The notes beneath the pieces are model-generated. The model did no database searches and was not told where the DNA came from. It worked only from the letters and a program-made list of their open reading frames with translations. The position numbers were made by a program, and so were the translations under genes. From positions 218,023-282,022 of the forward strand of contig JACKHW010000005.1 in assembly GCA_020638795.1 (NCBI GenBank): a DNA stretch of 64,000 nucleotides. The letters are read 5' to 3'. The DNA is from Planctomycetota bacterium (GTDB lineage Bacteria; Planctomycetota; UBA1135; GCA-002748355). Shown piece after piece: positions 45,277-54,388 of the stretch; the stretch's first letter is position 1; each line of letters opens with the position of its first letter.

Positions 45277-46761
45277 TCACTTGACGCCGCACTCAGCGAG
45301 CGAACCCGGTCCGTAGGGCAAGAAGGTCAGTGCCGACGGCGGCACCTGAACCGCGCGATAGACCCAACGAGGGCGCGTGCCTTGCTCGATGTGCAGGTCC
45401 CAAACGACGCGACCGTCGGGGGCGACTTCGAAGACGCGGCCCGTGACGCCCGCGGCAACCAGCCAGTTTCCGTTCGGAAGCCGATCCGCGTCGCCGAGGC
45501 TGTCGTCGTAGAACGAAGGCTGATCGACGAAGCGTCGGAGTTCGCGTACCTCTTGCTTGGCCCTGTCGAAGTCCATGTGGAGGACACTGCTGTACGCCGG
45601 TGACCGAGTATTGCCGTTGTCGAAGAGCAAGATCGAACCGTCCGCCTGGATCTCGGGAGCGTGCGGGTGGCTGAGAAGCATGTCGCCACCGAAGCCGTGC
45701 TTGCCGATGCTCACCGCGATGTTCCCGGATGGATACTCGATCCCGAGCAACGTGTCGAAGTTGCGCACGCAGAGCCAGATCAATCGGCGCGCTTCGTCCC
45801 AGACGATCGAGTTCGCGTGACTCCAGTCCTGCCCGAGGAACGATCGACCGGCCCGCTTCGACTCCGGCACGACGACGACGGCCGGATCGAAGTGATCGAA
45901 AATGTTCCACTTCCAAAGGACCGATCCCGTGACGGAATCGACGACTTCGATGCCATCGCCCTCGTACGAAACCGAGTCGACCGTGCGGAATGTCCACGTC
46001 AACTGCATGCGCGTCGCATCGGGCCCGGGCCCCGCATCGTGATGCACGAGGGTCGAGGGAGCGCTCGACCACAGTTCTTGACCGGACCACGTGTATTCAA
46101 CGGCACGCGAGGTGACCTGGAGGTTCTGGTCGACGGTTCTCTCGATGACGATCGGATTGCCGGCTGGTGACAAACGTGCCAACAACATGTCGGTGATGGC
46201 ATTGCGCTCGAGCCACCAAACCACCTCGCCCGAGCAGTTGACGAGGACGAGGCAAGCAACGCGTCCCTGGCTCGACGGAGTCGTCGGATCGAGCAGATTG
46301 AAGAGCCGATAGCCGCAATACGCGTCGTGCTCGTGACGCTCGAGCTGCAATGCAGGCATCCAGTCGGGAACAGGACGCACGCGGAACCGACGCGTGTCCT
46401 TACCGATCAGCCGCGACGAGGCATCGATGGCACGAACCGTGACGTCGACGTCGGCCTCGTTCGGCACGTCGGCGTCGACCGTCGCGACCCGATCCTGCAG
46501 GGTTACCGGCAGGTCGGTCGTGCCATAGCGAGCATCGACCTCGTAGCGTGTCGCACCGGCGACCGCATGCCAGCGAATGATCGGGCGGCGGGCATTGGCG
46601 ACCCCGAATCGACTCGGACTGTCCACGAAGTCTTCGAGCACGATGATGGCGTCGGGGGACCCGCCACCACCACAACCGGCGTGCGCCAGCAACCAGAGAC
46701 ACGACGTGGTGGCCAGAGCGACCGACCTAAGAACACTGCCATTCGTGCGAAACCGCCACAT
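45277..46761 (-). CDS. Arylsulfotransferase (ASST)-like beta-propeller protein, possibly a lipoprotein
   Basis: 494 aa. The N-terminus ...CLWLLAHAGCGGG is lipobox-like but not canonical. ASST-type blocks are DWSHANSIVWD, VRNFDTLLGIEYPSG and ILLFDNGN. Confidence 0.6.
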   Translation of the reverse strand: MWRFRTNGSVLRSVALATTSCLWLLAHAGCGGGGSPDAIIVLEDFVDSPSRFGVANARRPIIRWHAVAGATRYEVDARYGTTDLPVTLQDRVATVDADVPNEADVDVTVRAIDASSRLIGKDTRRFRVRPVPDWMPALQLERHEHDAYCGYRLFNLLDPTTPSSQGRVACLVLVNCSGEVVWWLERNAITDMLLARLSPAGNPIVIERTVDQNLQVTSRAVEYTWSGQELWSSAPSTLVHHDAGPGPDATRMQLTWTFRTVDSVSYEGDGIEVVDSVTGSVLWKWNIFDHFDPAVVVVPESKRAGRSFLGQDWSHANSIVWDEARRLIWLCVRNFDTLLGIEYPSGNIAVSIGKHGFGGDMLLSHPHAPEIQADGSILLFDNGNTRSPAYSSVLHMDFDRAKQEVRELRRFVDQPSFYDDSLGDADRLPNGNWLVAAGVTGRVFEVAPDGRVVWDLHIEQGTRPRWVYRAVQVPPSALTFLPYGPGSLAECGVK

Positions 46762-46986
46762 TGTTGTTCGCCCTCTCTCGAGGATTCACTGTCTCATGGG
46801 CCGAACTCGGGCAACTCGACCTGCGGCCTACGAACGGGCAACTGCCATGCCGCGCCGATCAGCGCGAGTTCCGCATCAAGATCTCGCGGAAATCCGAACA
46901 AGATCTCAAGCAGCGCGGTGACTTTCTGACGAGATATCGCACCACACTTTCGGAGCCTACCCCGGAATCGAGGCCGAGGCGGGGCG

Positions 46987-48522
46987 TCAGGCTTGCGGCG
47001 CGAAGCCGACCACCTGCGCCGCGTCGGCAGAGTTCGTCATTTCCTGCACTTCGAAGTCGGACCCGTCGAAGCTCATGAGTCGTCCCTCGCCTTCTTCGCG
47101 AGTCTCGACGTGGACTGGGCGGGACCAGAGTTCGAAGAGCGAGCGCATCGTCAGTTTGGCTTGCTCGAACTGCAGATCGACTCCGTTCCAGTCGTGGAAC
47201 AGGTACAGCTCACCGCGATTCCGATAGTTGGCGTCGACGATCGCGATGCGCGGTTGACCGAAGTTGGTCAGGGACCAGAGCAATTGCTGCTTCACCTTCG
47301 TCCAATCGCGATCGAGGATCTCGTACTGTCCGGTGCGTTGGTTGAAACCATAGACGTAGAGGTTCTGCGCCTCGGCAAATTCCTCACAAAGGAAGTTGTC
47401 GATGAACGTCACGTCGTTGTGATCGCGGCGCACCTCGAAGATCTTCTCTCGACCGAGCCCCAGCCCGGCGTCGAAGCTACGACGCTCGTCGATGTCGAGG
47501 TTCTGCCACGCGAGACCGAACTTACCGCGATTCCAGCGATCCTCGATGTCGCGGAAGAGTTCGACGCCGAGCTTGTAAGGATTCACGCGACCAGGCTGTG
47601 TCGCGAGCGTGCCCGAGTGGTGATCGCAGTAAGTGACGATCTCCGAAGGCTCGACGAGGTGCTCGCACATGAGCTTGCTGTGCCAGTACACGGCCCAACC
47701 CTCGTTCATGATCTTCGTCATCATTTGGGGGACGAAGTAGTACGACTCGTCGCGCAACATCGCGATCACGTCCTGCTGCCAACGCTCGAGCGGTGCGAAC
47801 TGTTGGAGGAAGAGCAGGACGTCCCGCGTTGGCTCGGGTGGGAATCGTCGCGCCTGTACGGCCGCTTCTTCGCGCTTCTTTCGCTCCGCCGCGAGGACCT
47901 CGGGCGGATTGATGTAGCGGTCCATGTAATCCTTGGCGCGAATTCGCGGTTCTTCGTACGTCTCCTCCGTCTGTGCTTTCGGTTGAGCACGCCGTTCGAT
48001 GAACGGGCTGTGCGGGTCGATGAGATTGTCGAGCGCGTGCACACGATCGATGAAGTCCTCGACGACTCCGACGCCGTGGCGATCCATGTAGGCACGAATG
48101 CGCGTACCATGGTTCGCCATCACGTCCATCATTTTCCGGTTGGTCTTGCTGAACCAATAGTTGTTCTTGAAGAAGTCACAATGGCCATAGACGTGCGCCA
48201 TCACGAGCTTCTGGTCCGTCGTGCTGTTCGCGCGCATCAAGTACGCGTAGCACGGGTCGTTGTTGATGACGAGCTCGTAGATCTTGGACAACCCGTACGT
48301 GTAGCTCTTGCTGAGCTGCTCGTAGTCCATGCCGAAACGCCAGTGTGGGTAGCGTGTCGGGAAGCCACCGTAAGCGGCGATCATGTTCATCTCGTCGTGA
48401 TCGACCATCTCGAACACGGTTTCGTACGTGTCGAGGCCATACCCCTTGGCGAGCTCTTTGATCTCCGCGTGATAGCGTTGGAGCTCGGGGGGAAGCGACG
48501 TATTGGTGGACGGAAGCATCAT
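46987..48522 (-). CDS. spoVR: SpoVR family protein
   Basis: 511 aa. Conserved SpoVR blocks are [32 protein letters not shown] and [12 protein letters not shown]. Its start overlaps the upstream stop (ATGA). Confidence 0.92.
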   Translation of the reverse strand: MMLPSTNTSLPPELQRYHAEIKELAKGYGLDTYETVFEMVDHDEMNMIAAYGGFPTRYPHWRFGMDYEQLSKSYTYGLSKIYELVINNDPCYAYLMRANSTTDQKLVMAHVYGHCDFFKNNYWFSKTNRKMMDVMANHGTRIRAYMDRHGVGVVEDFIDRVHALDNLIDPHSPFIERRAQPKAQTEETYEEPRIRAKDYMDRYINPPEVLAAERKKREEAAVQARRFPPEPTRDVLLFLQQFAPLERWQQDVIAMLRDESYYFVPQMMTKIMNEGWAVYWHSKLMCEHLVEPSEIVTYCDHHSGTLATQPGRVNPYKLGVELFRDIEDRWNRGKFGLAWQNLDIDERRSFDAGLGLGREKIFEVRRDHNDVTFIDNFLCEEFAEAQNLYVYGFNQRTGQYEILDRDWTKVKQQLLWSLTNFGQPRIAIVDANYRNRGELYLFHDWNGVDLQFEQAKLTMRSLFELWSRPVHVETREEGEGRLMSFDGSDFEVQEMTNSADAAQVVGFAPQA

Positions 48523-49622
48523 CGCCCCTTCTGCAAGAACGTCTGGATCGAAGCGAGGATTCCTTCGCGATCGAGAATGTCCGACGTGACGAGTTTCGGT
48601 TCGTCGGGCAACGCGGCGTCGAGGTCTTTCTTGAACTGCCCCGAGCCATACGCGCTCTTGACCTGACCGTAGCTGAACTGATTGCTCGCGGGCAGAATCT
48701 CGTTCGACAGCAACTGCACGCAGTGCTCGGTGTCGCGCGTCGACCAGTTGTCACCGTCGCTGAAGTGGAACGGGTAGATGTTCCACTCCTCGGGCGGATA
48801 GCGATCGCGAATCACGCGCAAGCAGAGTTCGTATGCAGAGCTGATCTTCGTTCCGCCGGATTCACGCAAGTGGAAGAACGTGTGCTGATCGACGACGTGC
48901 GCGACCGCATCGTGAACGATGTACACGACCTCGAGATTGTCGTATTGGCTGCGCAACCACGTATCGAGCCAGAACGCTTCGATGCGCACGATCTCCTTTT
49001 GTTCGCGCCCCATCGAACCGCTGACGTCCATCATGTAGACGATCACGGCATTGGCCTGCGGTTTCGTGATCTCCTTGCGCGACTTGTACCGGCGATCGTT
49101 CTTGATCGGGATGATCGCGGGATTGTCGGGATCGTAGAGACCGGCTGCGATCTGCCGCTTGAGAGCTTCGGTATAGGTACGCTTGAAGTGGCGCAGACTC
49201 TCCGGTCCGACGCGACGGATCCCGCGCCACGAACCACCTTCGGTCTCGAGTTGCTTGCTGCCCTTGGGCTCGATGCGCGGCAAGCCGAGTTCTTCGCCGA
49301 GGATCTGTGCGAGTTCGTCGAGGCCGACTTCGACTTCGATCGAGTGCTTGCCCTCGTCCTCGCCTGCTTGTCCCGGGCCCGGCTGCTGTTCGCCATCCAC
49401 CGCGTCGCCAGGCTCGCCTTCGCCCTGACCGACGCCACCTTTCTCGTTCTTGCCGAACCGGAAGCGTGGCAGGTTGATCTGCGGAATCGGGATCGACACG
49501 TAGCGCCCGCCCTGCTTGCCGATCATCTCACCGGAGCTGACGAACCGCTTGAGATCACGCTTGATTCGACCCCTCACGATCTCGCGGAAGCGCGTGTGGT
49601 CTCTGTCGATCTTGCGAACCAT
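48519..49622 (-). CDS. yeaH: DUF444 (YeaH/YhbH, UPF0229) family protein
   Basis: 367 aa. The N-terminus is [23 protein letters not shown]. The vWA-like block is [13 protein letters not shown]. Confidence 0.9.
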   Translation of the reverse strand: MVRKIDRDHTRFREIVRGRIKRDLKRFVSSGEMIGKQGGRYVSIPIPQINLPRFRFGKNEKGGVGQGEGEPGDAVDGEQQPGPGQAGEDEGKHSIEVEVGLDELAQILGEELGLPRIEPKGSKQLETEGGSWRGIRRVGPESLRHFKRTYTEALKRQIAAGLYDPDNPAIIPIKNDRRYKSRKEITKPQANAVIVYMMDVSGSMGREQKEIVRIEAFWLDTWLRSQYDNLEVVYIVHDAVAHVVDQHTFFHLRESGGTKISSAYELCLRVIRDRYPPEEWNIYPFHFSDGDNWSTRDTEHCVQLLSNEILPASNQFSYGQVKSAYGSGQFKKDLDAALPDEPKLVTSDILDREGILASIQTFLQKGR

Positions 49623-49727
49623 GGTCCTATCGCCTGACGTGGATGGAAGAACGCGCCTTCTCGGCTCTTCGGGATTCTCTTTAGGTGAACTTGATGGACT
49701 CTTCCATAGTGACGAGAAAGCGGTCCA

Positions 49728-50372
49728 CTACCGGATTCCTTGGATGGCTTGTTCGCTTTGGAGGAGCGCGTCATCGACGCTGTCCAGATCACGAACGGCC
49801 AAGAGGAGTCGTGGAGACGGCTCCGGCCCCGTCCACAACAAACCCTCGAGCGTTTGCATCTCGGTGACGGTTTCTCGGGTCCTGGGCGTGAGGAGCGGAC
49901 CGAAGATCGGGCCGAGAACGAGTCCGAGCAGACAGCCGAGTCCACTGTGGGTCTCGCCACGGTCGACGACCTTGTCGATGGCGACTCGCGCACTCCCTCG
50001 ACGCAACCGTGCACCTTCGAGTGATAGCTCACGACGGCGAAAGGTCACGAAGAAGAAGCGCTCTTCGACGCGGCAACGCGCCTCGTCCATGTCGATCACG
50101 ACCTGCAGGTTCCGCGGAAGCCAGCGTAGGACGAGCAGCACGATCACGACGCTGAGGATGATGGAGAGGATCATGAGACCGCCGGGCGGGATGTCGGTGG
50201 CCGAGTCGAGCAACCCCACGGTCACGATCCCCGCGATCACGAGGGTGATCGAACGAAGCCAAGCCCGCCACCGACGCTCGAAGACCACGCAGCGCCGAAC
50301 GTCGATGTGCACCCCCACCGCGTCGACTACGCGGCGGAGTGATCGGGGCCAGGGATCGTCGCGCGAAGGCAT
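49728..50372 (-). CDS. Hypothetical membrane protein
   Basis: 214-aa ORF with hydrophobic segments ITLVIAGIVTVGLL, LMILSIILSVVIVLLVL and GCLLGLVLGPIFGPLL. The opposite-strand ORF is Ser/Arg-rich junk. I recognised no family. Confidence 0.5.
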   Translation of the reverse strand: MPSRDDPWPRSLRRVVDAVGVHIDVRRCVVFERRWRAWLRSITLVIAGIVTVGLLDSATDIPPGGLMILSIILSVVIVLLVLRWLPRNLQVVIDMDEARCRVEERFFFVTFRRRELSLEGARLRRGSARVAIDKVVDRGETHSGLGCLLGLVLGPIFGPLLTPRTRETVTEMQTLEGLLWTGPEPSPRLLLAVRDLDSVDDALLQSEQAIQGIR

Positions 50373-50495
50373 GGAGCGTCGACGATAGCAGCGCGCGACG
50401 AGTGCGCGCAGGGGAAGCTGCGGGGTTCTCCCGCGCCGTCCGTGCTATCGTGACGGGCCCATTCGACCGAACCGAACATGCCCGCGTAGGCACAA

Positions 50496-51392
50496 GTGGA
50501 GAACATGCGGAACAGAGCCTCGATCTTCACCCTGATCGCACTCGTCGCCCTGAGCATCATCGGCGCCACGACGCCGGTGAACGCACAGAGCAAAGACGAT
50601 CCAAAAATGCCCGTCGAACGCAAAGTCGTCACCGACGAGGCGGGTTTGCAGCAGTGGGCGCCATTCGAAGGTGCTCCTTGCCCGATGTGTCGAACGAACA
50701 AGGTCATCGACTGCCCAACGTGCAAGGACGCCGAGCACGCCGAGTCGTGCCTCGAATGCGGGACCAAGAAAGAACCCCGCACCAAGAAGGCGCCATGCCG
50801 CTTGTGCGCCGGGGAGGGCAAGCTCCCGGACATGCTGATCGAGGGTCCATGCATCGCCTGCACGGGCGCAGGCGTCTTCCCGTGTGTCGGTTGCGGAGGC
50901 GAGACGAGCTATCCGGTCGAAGGTGGCGGCAAGAAGCGACAGAAATGCGCCGTCTGCCGCGGTGAGGGCAGCATTCGCTGCTCGGTCTGCAAAGGCAAGC
51001 GTCGGTGCGAGCCCATCAGCCCCAAGAAAGGAATCGCGGAGGCGGCCGTGAAAGACCTCGAAGCGGCCGCGAAGACGGTCGAGGGGGTCCTCGTGGAGCT
51101 GCGCGCGTGCGAGTTCGCAGGCATCAAGGAACGTGACGAACTCAAGAAGTATCAGGCCATCCTCAAGGACCTCGCGAAGATCTCGAAGCCGACGAAGGTG
51201 GCCTCGTCGATGGTCAAGGACTTGATCGGACTCGCGAGCCGCATGGACCAGTACACGAACAAGGAACGGCGCAAGTCCGACACCTTCGACATGTTCCGGC
51301 GCTACAACGTCTACTGGCTCGAAGGGCAGGCCGAACTCCTGAAGCTCGCCATCGAACGCGCGAAGCACAACGAGAACGCGGAAAAGAAGTGA
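50496..51392 (+). CDS. Secreted protein with DnaJ-type CxxCxGxG zinc-finger repeats
   Basis: Signal peptide is ...LIALVALSIIGATTPVNA|QSK. Repeats are CRLCAGEG, CIACTGAG, CVGCGGET and CAVCRGEG, plus extra CxxC pairs. The start is GTG 50496 or ATG 50505. Confidence 0.7.
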   Translation: MENMRNRASIFTLIALVALSIIGATTPVNAQSKDDPKMPVERKVVTDEAGLQQWAPFEGAPCPMCRTNKVIDCPTCKDAEHAESCLECGTKKEPRTKKAPCRLCAGEGKLPDMLIEGPCIACTGAGVFPCVGCGGETSYPVEGGGKKRQKCAVCRGEGSIRCSVCKGKRRCEPISPKKGIAEAAVKDLEAAAKTVEGVLVELRACEFAGIKERDELKKYQAILKDLAKISKPTKVASSMVKDLIGLASRMDQYTNKERRKSDTFDMFRRYNVYWLEGQAELLKLAIERAKHNENAEKK

Positions 51393-51447
51393 CGGAAAAG
51401 AAGTGACGGAAAGAAGTGACGGAAAGAAGTGACGGACGAGAAGTGAT
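51380..51447 (+). repeat. Tandem direct repeat, 5 units of 13-14 bp (GGAAA(A)GAAGTGAC x4 plus a degenerate GGACGAGAAGTGAT)
   Basis: Units read directly from the sequence at 51380-51393, 51394-51407, 51408-51420, 51421-51433 and 51434-51447. The repeat spans the stop of the upstream gene and the start of the downstream gene. Confidence 0.95.
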
Positions 51448-54388
51448 TCGACATCCCCTGAAAGGCCGCGGCATCACGACAGTCGCGGCCGTCTTCTTCG
51501 TCGGGGCATCCGCTCCGGTTCTTGCGCAGGATCGCTTCGGCGCCACGATCAACCAGACGCTCGTGCGCGCTCCCTCGCGGATCGATGGATCGCTGACGAA
51601 GACGCGCACGAGCGAAGTCGTCGCTACGGCGCGTCCTGCCATCGTGCGCGTCTACGTCGAGATCACCGAAAAGCGCACCAAGTTCGCGATCGAGCGACCC
51701 AGCTCGGGGGTGATCGTCGATCCTTCGGGGATCGTGCTCACGTTCTGGTCGCTCGTCGCGGAGGGCTACGAAAGCGGCGTTCCGATCAAGGAGCGCGGCG
51801 TCTTCGCGCAGACGAAGGACGGACAGAAGCACGCATTGACCCTGCTCGCGCACGACGAGGCGAGCGACCTCGCGCTCCTCGCCGTGGACGGAGCTACGAC
51901 GGACACGACGTTTCCGTCGCTCGAACTCGCGACGGCGTCCGCCGTGCGACCGGGAGATCGCTGCGTCGTCCTGAGCTACCACGATGGGTCGGAGTTCGCC
52001 GCGTTCGCAGGCGTCCTCTCGCGGCCTCAGGGCAAGACGACGCATCGTGGTCGAAGCATTGGAGCCGACGAGTTCTGGCTCACGGATGCCGCGATCCAGC
52101 TACGTAGTCAGGGCGCGGCCGTACTCGACGGGCTCGGCCGAGTCGTGGGTCTCGCATCGGCCGAGCACGTGCGCCGAGAAGTCCGAGAACCGACGCTCGA
52201 GGACGTCCTCGCTCCGTCGTTCGGAATCGTGCTTCCCGTCGACCCTGTGCGCACCCTGTTTCGCGATGCACTCCGTGCGCGCGCGCCGTCGAACAAGTCG
52301 CTCCTCGCGAATGCTGACGGCAGCGCGAAGGACACGCGTCTGCCGCCCGGTCATCGAACGGTCCTCGAACAGTGCGCGGAGTCGGTCGTCGGTGTGGTCT
52401 CCGGTCGAGAAGCCGACACACCTCTGGACGTACTCGATCCCGGCGCGACCGCACGACGCGACGGCGCAGGCTCGGGAGTCGTGGTCACCACGGGTGGGCT
52501 CGTCCTTACGAACCTCCATTTGCTCGCCGGTCGTACCGCGGCGCGCGTGCTGCTGAGCGACGGCAAGTCGCTTCCGGCCCGCCTCGTGGACAGCAAAGCA
52601 GGGCTCAACATCGCACTGCTCGAGGTCGAACTGCCACCCGGTGCGAAGCTCCGGCCGATCGCGATCGCGTCCGTCGACGAGGCGCTTCCCGGCGAGGTCC
52701 TCATCGCGATCGGTAAGCCCGTCGGGGGCGCCAACCCGACCGCGAGCACCGGCATCCTCTCGGCCATGCGCCGCGGCGGAACCTACCTGCAAGCAGACCC
52801 GAACCTCGGCAACGAGAATGCCGGCGGAGCGCTGGTCGATGGCACCGGTCGACTGCTCGCCATCATCGACGGCGGCGCGATGGACAAGCGCGAGTTGGCG
52901 TTCTTGATGCGGGGGGATCAGGCCAAGGCGCAGTCCAACCTGTCGACCGCAGTCTCGATCGACAACATCAAGAAACGCTTCTCGAAGCTCTCCGACTTGG
53001 CGGTGAAAGGCGCGGATGCGGCACAGCGATCCAAGGCACACACGAGAGTGACACACGTCATCGACAAGACGGCAAAAGGGCTGCTCAACATCTACGTCAG
53101 CGTCACGGAGCGGCCGGCGAACCTCGATGACAACCCGTTCGCGGTCACGGATGCCAAGCCTCAGATACAAAGCCTCGGCTCGGGTGTCGTGATCGATGAC
53201 TCGGGGCTCGCGATCACCAACTGGCACGTCGTCGACGACGCGACGAATGCCGACGGTTCGGCGATCCTCGACCATGTCGTGCATGCACGACTTCGCGACG
53301 GGACCTTGTGCGAAGTCGAAGTGCTGAGCATTTCGCGCGAAGACGACTTGGCATTGCTGCGGTTGACGGTTCCGGAAGGCCAAGCGATCGAAGCCGTCGA
53401 GTTCGGCGATTCGGACACGCTCGCGATCGGCGAGACGGTCGTCGCGATCGGCAATCCCGAGGGCATGGCCAACACCGCGACCTGCGGCGTCGTGAGCTGC
53501 AAGGATCGCGGCATCAACATCAAACACCGATGGGCCAAGTACGAGGGCCTCATCGAGACGGATGCCGCGATCAACGGCGGCAACAGCGGCGGCGCGCTTC
53601 TCGACCTCGATGGCCGATTGGTCGGGATCAACAGCGCAGGCGGAAGCGGACTCGAAGTCACGGGCTTCGCGATTCCGGTCAACCACGTTCGCTCCAAGTT
53701 GCTCAACCTACTCCTGTCGCCGGAGAAGTTGCGCAGCGCGCACACGGGGCTACGCGCCACGGATTCGCTCGATGCGTCCGCTGCAGTCGAAGTGCGCTCG
53801 ATCGACCCCGACACACCTGCTGCTCGCGCAGGCATCCAGGCCGGCGATCGGATCACCGCCATCGATGGTCACCCACTGAGGTGGTCGATCGATTTGACGA
53901 TGCGCATGCTCGAGAAGAAGGGCGGCGAAATCGCACGCCTCGAACTTTGGCGCGGGGAAGAAACGCTCTCGAAAGAAGTCGCGTGCTACGCGGCGGACGT
54001 CTGGGCCTGCCAACGACAGCTCGGCACCTGGCTCGAACGCATCCCGACGTCCGGTCAACTCGATACGGTGCATCGTGCGATCACGGCACTGACGCGGCGC
54101 TATACGAACGACCCGGCTGCAACACCGACCAGCTTGCCCGACTTCGTCGTGCGTGTCGTCGACGCCTTCGGTGAGGATGCCGTTCTGAAGAAGGGCGACC
54201 TCGTCCTCGCCGCGGAGTTCGTCGGCGAACGACGCGAGGGCAAGCTCGATCGCTTCGAATCCGTGCGCGAAATCCAGACCTGTATCGACACGCACAGCAC
54301 CTACGAAGGCACGAAGATGACCTTCTGGATCTACCGTGACGACAAGGTCCACGTGCTGAACGTGCCCGTCAAGCGACTCTTCCTTTGA
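51443..54388 (+). CDS. Secreted protein with three tandem trypsin-fold (HtrA-like) domains and PDZ domains; only the third protease domain keeps the catalytic triad
   Basis: GTG at 51443 gives signal peptide VIRHPLKGRGITTVAAVFFVGASAPVLA|QDR; an in-frame GTG at 51416 is the alternative start. Domain 3 has ITNWHVV, DDLALLRL and INGGNSGGALL. The PDZ segment is VRSIDPDTPAARAGIQAGDRI. Confidence 0.8.
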   Translation: MIRHPLKGRGITTVAAVFFVGASAPVLAQDRFGATINQTLVRAPSRIDGSLTKTRTSEVVATARPAIVRVYVEITEKRTKFAIERPSSGVIVDPSGIVLTFWSLVAEGYESGVPIKERGVFAQTKDGQKHALTLLAHDEASDLALLAVDGATTDTTFPSLELATASAVRPGDRCVVLSYHDGSEFAAFAGVLSRPQGKTTHRGRSIGADEFWLTDAAIQLRSQGAAVLDGLGRVVGLASAEHVRREVREPTLEDVLAPSFGIVLPVDPVRTLFRDALRARAPSNKSLLANADGSAKDTRLPPGHRTVLEQCAESVVGVVSGREADTPLDVLDPGATARRDGAGSGVVVTTGGLVLTNLHLLAGRTAARVLLSDGKSLPARLVDSKAGLNIALLEVELPPGAKLRPIAIASVDEALPGEVLIAIGKPVGGANPTASTGILSAMRRGGTYLQADPNLGNENAGGALVDGTGRLLAIIDGGAMDKRELAFLMRGDQAKAQSNLSTAVSIDNIKKRFSKLSDLAVKGADAAQRSKAHTRVTHVIDKTAKGLLNIYVSVTERPANLDDNPFAVTDAKPQIQSLGSGVVIDDSGLAITNWHVVDDATNADGSAILDHVVHARLRDGTLCEVEVLSISREDDLALLRLTVPEGQAIEAVEFGDSDTLAIGETVVAIGNPEGMANTATCGVVSCKDRGINIKHRWAKYEGLIETDAAINGGNSGGALLDLDGRLVGINSAGGSGLEVTGFAIPVNHVRSKLLNLLLSPEKLRSAHTGLRATDSLDASAAVEVRSIDPDTPAARAGIQAGDRITAIDGHPLRWSIDLTMRMLEKKGGEIARLELWRGEETLSKEVACYAADVWACQRQLGTWLERIPTSGQLDTVHRAITALTRRYTNDPAATPTSLPDFVVRVVDAFGEDAVLKKGDLVLAAEFVGERREGKLDRFESVREIQTCIDTHSTYEGTKMTFWIYRDDKVHVLNVPVKRLFL

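Noticed and set aside
46993-48666. 557-aa + strand ORF
   Set aside because: It is antisense to spoVR, which is unambiguous on the minus strand.
51380-51447. Tandem repeat considered as a CRISPR array or minisatellite
   Set aside because: The units are 13-14 bp and directly abutting with no spacers, and no cas genes are present. It is reported instead as a tandem repeat with possible translational significance.
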